From NCBI GenBank assembly GCA_964509855.1, contig CAZDZP010000002.1, positions 1-31,543 on the forward strand: DNA of 31,543 nucleotides, given 5' to 3'. Under the pieces are notes generated by a model that saw only the letters and a list, made by a program, of their open reading frames with translations, searched no databases and was not told where the DNA came from. Numbering within the stretch: the first letter of the stretch is position 1; each line of letters opens with the position of its first letter. Positions 27,501-31,543 of this stretch are shown here, one piece after another. The position numbers were made by a program, and so were the translations under genes. This DNA comes from an uncultured Anaerolineaceae bacterium (lineage in GTDB: Bacteria > Chloroflexota > Dehalococcoidia > Tepidiformales > Tepidiformaceae).

Positions 27501-29755
27501 AGGCGTTGGACGAAGAACAACTGGTTGCAGATTCCGCCGTCGACGATGAAGAACCGGCGTGGTCGTTCGCCCGGCCTTCGCACGAAGAAGAGCGGTCCGG
27601 GGAAGAGGCCGATGCTTCCGCACCCGTTGAGAATGGGGCTCCACACTGGGCTGTTACCGACATGGCCGCCAGCAACGACTCGTTTGGCTGGTCCGCTGCC
27701 CAAACGGAGGACGAGGCGCTGGCTGAAGCCCTTGAGGACGAGATGCCGTTGCCCGATTCGGCCAGCATCTTCCCGTGGATGGCAACAGCACTGAGCGACG
27801 ACGCGCAGGGCCTCATTGAGAACCAGGAAGTGGCCAGCATCGAGCCGGGCGAAGCATTCAGCGAACAGGCCGCCTTCTCGCCGCTTTCGGAACAACCAAC
27901 AGAAAGTGCGCCCGAAGCGGTAACCTTCGAAGCGATGCTACCCGCTGATGACGACGCCGACGACGAATCCCAGCCTTGGGCTGCAGCTGCGATCGCCGAA
28001 AACCACGAGGCCGCAAGAGTCGATGACGGCGGTGACGAGTGGGAACCAGAGCAGGACGATGGCGTAGAGCCGGCGCCAGCAGTACCAGCCTTCGAAGCAT
28101 CGATTGCGACGCCGCAGGAATCTCCGGTGGATGACGAAGAGTCCGAATGGGATCCCGAGGGCCTGGACGAGGAACCCGTTGTCCCGGCCCCGGCTCCGGT
28201 TGCGCTGTCCACCGAACCGGTCGCAGCCTCCGCCGCAGTCGAGTTCGAAGTCGAATCAGATGACGACTCAGTTTCGCTGGACTGGGATTGGGAATCGCAG
28301 GAAGAGGGCGAGGCCAACGACGTGGTCCCCGACTGGCAGATGCAGGCTCCTCGAGAGTCCGAACCCGCCGCCGAACCGGCCCAGCTTGGTTTCGCCTTCC
28401 CGGGCGCGGGCGCCCTGGAAACGGACGAAGAGCCAGACCTCGACGCGGAAGGCCCAGTGGAGGCAACCGACCCCTCGACCAATCCTGGCGAGTTCGCTGA
28501 GGGGAGCGACTGGGAATCGGTAGCTGCCATCACGGCGGCACCCGGCGCCGCCTCACTCGAAGACGAGCAGGACGAAGAGCCAGACCTCTGGGCCGCCATC
28601 GCAGAAGAAGCTGCCCTGGAGGGCGAAGCGGGCGAAAGCCTCGTCGACGCTCCCCATGCAACCGTGTTTGGCCAGTACGGCACCCGCAGAAGCGCAAGTG
28701 AACTCCACGCTGAGTACGACCAACAGTTCGTCCCGATAGAAGCGGAAGACGGCGACATGGAAGAAGACGTGGTCCTCCGCGCTTTCGAAGCCCATGCCGC
28801 TTCCGAAGAAAACGATGGCGACGACAAGAACGAAGCCTTCGACGAATTGCTTGGCGAACACGCAGATGTTGTCGACGACGAAGAGGGGCCCGCCCCACGC
28901 GGCGGTGTCGCTCCCGTTGGTTTCGGAAGCTGGGCACCGCCTCGTGCAGTCAACGCTTTCGATGAGACCAGCGACGAATGGGAACCGGAGTCCCAACCCG
29001 TAGCCGTCGGCGCCGCCGCCCCTGCCGGTTCGGCCGAGCGCGAGTACACAAGCTACGTCGGCGACGGGTCCTCATCCGCTGCTGACGCGGCTGCAAAGCG
29101 GGCGAGTTCGCGAACCTGGGTGCGAGAACTGGTGGAGACCGGCCTGCTCGCTATCCTCGTGTTCCTCGCCGTTCGAGCCAGTTTCCAAAACTTCAAAGTC
29201 GACGGCAGCTCCATGGCGCCGACGCTTGCCGATGGCCAGTTCCTCATCGTCAACAAGTTGGTCTACAGCGAAGTGGATGTGGAAAAGCTCGGCAAGTACC
29301 TCCCGTTCGTGAGCGCTGGTGACGACCCGACCCGGCACGTCTTCCACGGACCCGAACGCGGCGACATCATCGTGCTGCGTGACCCGAGCAACCCCAGCGT
29401 GGACCTTATCAAGCGAGTCGTTGGCATGCCGGGTGACAAGCTCGAAATCGTGGACGGCGCCGTGTATATCGACGACTTCCGGCTGGAGGAGCCGTACATC
29501 AAATCGGAATGGCGGGGCAATCGCCCGGCCGTGATAGTTCCCGAAGGTCACTTTTTCGTGATGGGTGACAACCGGGACAACAGCAAGGACAGCCGAAGCA
29601 GCTCGATCGGCTTCATACCGGAAGACCTGATCATCGGGCGGGCCGAGTTCTCGTATCTGCCCTTCGACCGCTTCGGGCGCGCGCCAAATGAAACACCGAG
29701 CCTTTCCGAAACGGACGGGCGGCCGGTGCTGACGTCGCAACGTTTGGAACGCTAG
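24524..29755 (+). CDS. lepB: signal peptidase I with a ~1,530-aa acidic, repeat-containing N-terminal extension (start 24524 or 24530)
   Basis: Single uninterrupted ORF. TM segment begins ~29117 (WVRELVETGLLAILVFLAV), followed by box B DGSSMAPTL (Ser 29210-29212), RGDIIV, box D LIKRVVGMPGD (Lys 29411-29413) and box E FVMGDNRDNSKDSR. Confidence 0.9.
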   Translation: MAMDQGGERLDEAFEDDHDATQDWYFDLPSGAWERQEEKNRQLRANLLGHTTKDTDTPKDPFTGQPVKGGGFLGRGRKKDKPVEGSKKPVFERRGSDDERVSRFRALREGSAPEGDSWSTEPKAIDENAPLLRNRLSAGDEPPAASPKGESRWDQLFGAPADSGSIVDGMRNWATSPNDADEDAAEDPGAESTAEPVDAVNTAEEAVDADTEESLIGAMRNWATAPADEHAPDFEKPGFEQEPEVEDEWAVVAPSNLVDGDVEPATEPVSVVAESDLSVADDAAESLMERIRNRARVQAELDAVPSSADTEDQSEEDVVAIGADSSATALVQDESEYVEAPAAELVASADDDEATRDPDESPLEGLRAWAMNRPSRARFATAETTVEETPDAVSGGDDKASSIDDVVPAAEDVNSPIEVEADDNEWSAVDVDVDSGAEYSETKAQAESASALARFTAAQTPVEDAVGSQEEREDTAESEPQAKKPGILGRLFGRKPKPDPAEAAGAAAISAAAWLEDEDPGWGMSRSAATGANLNAQESEWEPVEHAEGTSADGKDSGTPVVSAFAAETISDIPETSVPSFPASNDSTTGNASPWASSDMATQNDSFGWSATPAGNEAAVPEPAEEEAVASAPVEDDDEDAPTWAAPDMAASNDSFGWSKPAEEEASASAPVEDEAPHWVAPDMASSNDSFGWSKPAEEVAVASALVEDEAEDVPTWAAPDMAASNDSFGWSKPAEEEAGASAPVEDEAPHWAAPDMAASNDSFGWSATTEEESDASAPVEDEAPHWAVPDMAASNDSFGWSKPAEEEVGASAPVEDGAPHWAAPDMAASNDSFGWSNPAEEEAVASALVEDDDEDSPSWVAPDMAASNDSFGWSKPAEEEAVASALVEDEAEDVPTWAAPDMAASNDSFGWSATTEEEVGASAPVEDEAPHWAAPDMAASNDSFGWSATTEEEVGASAPVEDEAPHWAAPDMAASNDSFGWSAPTEEEALAEALDEEQLVADSAVDDEEPAWSFARPSHEEERSGEEADASAPVENGAPHWAVTDMAASNDSFGWSAAQTEDEALAEALEDEMPLPDSASIFPWMATALSDDAQGLIENQEVASIEPGEAFSEQAAFSPLSEQPTESAPEAVTFEAMLPADDDADDESQPWAAAAIAENHEAARVDDGGDEWEPEQDDGVEPAPAVPAFEASIATPQESPVDDEESEWDPEGLDEEPVVPAPAPVALSTEPVAASAAVEFEVESDDDSVSLDWDWESQEEGEANDVVPDWQMQAPRESEPAAEPAQLGFAFPGAGALETDEEPDLDAEGPVEATDPSTNPGEFAEGSDWESVAAITAAPGAASLEDEQDEEPDLWAAIAEEAALEGEAGESLVDAPHATVFGQYGTRRSASELHAEYDQQFVPIEAEDGDMEEDVVLRAFEAHAASEENDGDDKNEAFDELLGEHADVVDDEEGPAPRGGVAPVGFGSWAPPRAVNAFDETSDEWEPESQPVAVGAAAPAGSAEREYTSYVGDGSSSAADAAAKRASSRTWVRELVETGLLAILVFLAVRASFQNFKVDGSSMAPTLADGQFLIVNKLVYSEVDVEKLGKYLPFVSAGDDPTRHVFHGPERGDIIVLRDPSNPSVDLIKRVVGMPGDKLEIVDGAVYIDDFRLEEPYIKSEWRGNRPAVIVPEGHFFVMGDNRDNSKDSRSSSIGFIPEDLIIGRAEFSYLPFDRFGRAPNETPSLSETDGRPVLTSQRLER
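26306..27694 (+). repeat. intragenic coding tandem repeat: 12 copies of W(A/V)(A/V)PDMAASNDSFGWS-like cores, mostly at 105/114-bp period
   Basis: Core Trp codons at 26306, 26453, 26558, 26672, 26777, 26882, 26987, 27101, 27215, 27320, 27425 and 27647; every spacing is a multiple of 3. Confidence 0.97.
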
Positions 29756-29795
29756 CCCAATCGACCGGTTGGGCCCTCCAAGGTAGTCTCGCGGT

Positions 29796-30353
29796 GTGGA
29801 CGACAATTTCGAAGCACTGCTCCAGGAACGCGGCGCCCTGCTGAAAGGCCATTTCCAGTTGGCCAGCGGGCGCCACGCCGACACCTACATTGAAAAGTTC
29901 CGAATTCTCCAGTGGCCCGACCTGACCGAAGCGTTCTGCAAACGTGTTGCCGAACACTTCCAAGGGCAGGCAAACATCGTGGCCGGCCCCACTACGGGCG
30001 GCATCATCCTCTCCTACGAGACGGCCAGGCACATGGGCCTCCCGAGCATCATCGCGGAATCGAAAGACGACGGCAGCGGCCGCGAATTCCGGCGTGGTTT
30101 CCAGGTGGGCGAAGGCGACCGCGTACTCGTTGTTGACGACGTACTCACCACGGGCGGCAGCATTCGCGACGTGCTCGCGGCAGTGAAGGATCGGGGTGCG
30201 ACCGTTGCTGGCGTGGGTGTGCTGGTTGACCGCGCGGGCGGCACGGTGGACTTTGGCGCACCGTTCTTCGCCTGCATGACCGTGAACGTGGCCTCGTGGG
30301 CACCCGATGAATGCGCCCTCTGCAAGGAAGGCGTCCCGCTTATCGTCACGTAA
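29796..30353 (+). CDS. pyrE: orotate phosphoribosyltransferase
   Basis: ALLKGHFQLASGRHADTYIEK, VAGPTTGGI, PRPP-binding VLVVDDVLTTGGS, VGVLVDR. Confidence 0.95.
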   Translation: MDDNFEALLQERGALLKGHFQLASGRHADTYIEKFRILQWPDLTEAFCKRVAEHFQGQANIVAGPTTGGIILSYETARHMGLPSIIAESKDDGSGREFRRGFQVGEGDRVLVVDDVLTTGGSIRDVLAAVKDRGATVAGVGVLVDRAGGTVDFGAPFFACMTVNVASWAPDECALCKEGVPLIVT

Positions 30354-30363
30354 ACGGGAATTG

Positions 30364-30393
30364 CCCGGCCCGCCGCACGACCGGCGGACCGGG
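30364..30393. terminator. GC-rich hairpin between convergent pyrE and cysteine hydrolase genes; possible bidirectional terminator
   Basis: CCCGG-C-CCGCCG / CGGCGG-A-CCGGG inverted repeat with a 6-nt loop; no U-tract on either side. Confidence 0.4.
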
Positions 30394-30408
30394 ACGAACT
30401 CGCGACCC

Positions 30409-31125
30409 TTAGGCGGTCACGAGTTCCCGCGTTGTGACGGAAGCGAAGTAGGCTTCCGCGTCCGCCAGGCTCACGACGTCCGCATACTTCTGGTGCATGT
30501 CGAAGAGGCTCATGGCGTGAGAAGCCTCCGTGCGGTCGAAGGTGCACTCCTCAACGACGCCAACCTTGTAGCGCGCGGCGCTGCCATCGACGACGGTTGC
30601 ACGAACGCACCCGCTGGTGGAGTTGCCACAGCAAATGATGGTGTCGGCGCCGAGGTCCGTCAGGTACTGGCTGAGCGGCGTACCGTTGAACATGCTGGCG
30701 GACGTCTTGGCGATGACGAACTCGCCATCCTGGGGCGCGATCTCTTCGACGATTTCGGGAAGGCGTTCTTCCATCCACGCCGGGATGAGGTCCTGCGGGC
30801 GCTCCGAGGCTTCGCCGCGAGAGCTCATGCCCCGCACCGGGAAATCGGTCCGCAGCTTGGCGTAGGCAACCGGTATGCCGTTGGCACGGGCGGAGGCTAT
30901 GAGTTGCACGGTGCGGTCAATGGCCCGCCAGCCTTCGAGGCCACAACTGGCCGCGAGTGCCCCGGCGACGTCCATGAGCGGCATGCGCGGGCCGAGAATG
31001 CTGTAGACGTTGTCGATGACCAGCAGCACTGGCTTCTCGCCGAAGCCGAACGGCGCGGGCTTCTCCCAGTACATCTTCGTGTGTTCCCTGTCGCGTTCCG
31101 TGAGGAACGAATCCCAAACTCGCAT
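30409..31125 (-). CDS. isochorismatase-family cysteine hydrolase (maleamate amidohydrolase / N-carbamoylsarcosine amidase-like)
   Basis: GFGEKPVLLVID (Asp), IAKTSASMFNGT (Lys), STSGCVRATVVD (Cys), VVEECTFDR...SLFDM..KYADV; AGGAG RBS before ATG 31125. Confidence 0.9.
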   Translation of the reverse strand: MRVWDSFLTERDREHTKMYWEKPAPFGFGEKPVLLVIDNVYSILGPRMPLMDVAGALAASCGLEGWRAIDRTVQLIASARANGIPVAYAKLRTDFPVRGMSSRGEASERPQDLIPAWMEERLPEIVEEIAPQDGEFVIAKTSASMFNGTPLSQYLTDLGADTIICCGNSTSGCVRATVVDGSAARYKVGVVEECTFDRTEASHAMSLFDMHQKYADVVSLADAEAYFASVTTRELVTA

Positions 31126-31266
31126 CAATTGACTCCTGTAGCGCTGGCGTCGCGAGCAAAGCCCGCGCCCGGCCATCCTGCCGGTGGGAGGTTTCGCCAA
31201 GGTCACAGGCGTGCAGCAGCGGTAGGCCTGCGCTGTTCACCGAAACAACCCCTGGCGTGGCCTACA

Positions 31267-31543
31267 ATGGCCAGCGTGAGATTCGTACGAAAAGCAGGCA
31301 GCGACCCGGCCTTCCTGATAAAGGCCATGAACGAGGCTTCTGGTGAGCTCCGGGAGCTGTTCTATGGTCAGCGACTGGGCACGCTGCTCGAACCCGCTGA
31401 GCCACCGGACGATGGCTGGAGCCTGATGGGCATCGCCTTCCACATGCGCAGGGTGGAAGAGGGGGTGAGCGACCAGCTCGAAAAGATGGTGCGCTATCGC
31501 GAGCCAGACATCCCGAATGTGGACATGGACGACATTCCCTTCC
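31267..31543 (+). CDS. DinB-family protein, 3'-truncated by the window (start 31267 or GTG 31276)
   Basis: Open frame to the window end: MASVRFVRKAGSDPAFLIKAMNEASGELRELF...DGWSLMGIAFHMRRVE, containing the DinB-like WS-x(6)-H motif. Confidence 0.7.
   Translation, partial: MASVRFVRKAGSDPAFLIKAMNEASGELRELFYGQRLGTLLEPAEPPDDGWSLMGIAFHMRRVEEGVSDQLEKMVRYREPDIPNVDMDDIPF

Noticed and set aside
26306-27694. CRISPR-like pattern of 48-bp repeats with 57/66-bp spacers
   Set aside because: The spacers resemble each other, all periods are multiples of 3 within one ORF, variation is mostly synonymous, and there are no cas genes. It is a coding repeat.
25927-29049. 1040-aa antisense ORF (and other long ORFs across the repeat region)
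   Set aside because: It is the codon-aligned shadow of the acidic LepB arm: Ser/Ala-rich, mirroring the repeats, with no independent domain.

Overview
GC-rich bacterial chromosomal segment with ~33 densely packed genes. Gene content and style suggest Chloroflexota, probably Dehalococcoidia/Tepidiformales-like (inference). Most genes are housekeeping: trpA, aroH, scpA, ribF, tyrS, sixA, ppx, xerD, yajC, secDF, selB, hemW and pyrE. I found no rRNA, tRNA, CRISPR array or mobile element. The standout is a ~1,740-aa signal peptidase I (24524-29755). Its intact C-terminal LepB module sits behind ~1,530 aa of acidic, low-complexity sequence containing 12 WAAPDMAASNDSFGWS repeats, other recurring Trp motifs and a MinD-like amphipathic motif. 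It is transcribed divergently from an ECF sigma / Zn-motif-less anti-sigma / SIMPL cluster. Secondary observations: many apparently leaderless genes, a PRC-barrel+hemerythrin-like fusion, tandem NTF2-like paralogs, a Nudix-like protein lacking catalytic glutamates, and a stand-alone CCA-type HD protein. All calls come from reading motifs by eye; no database searches were run.
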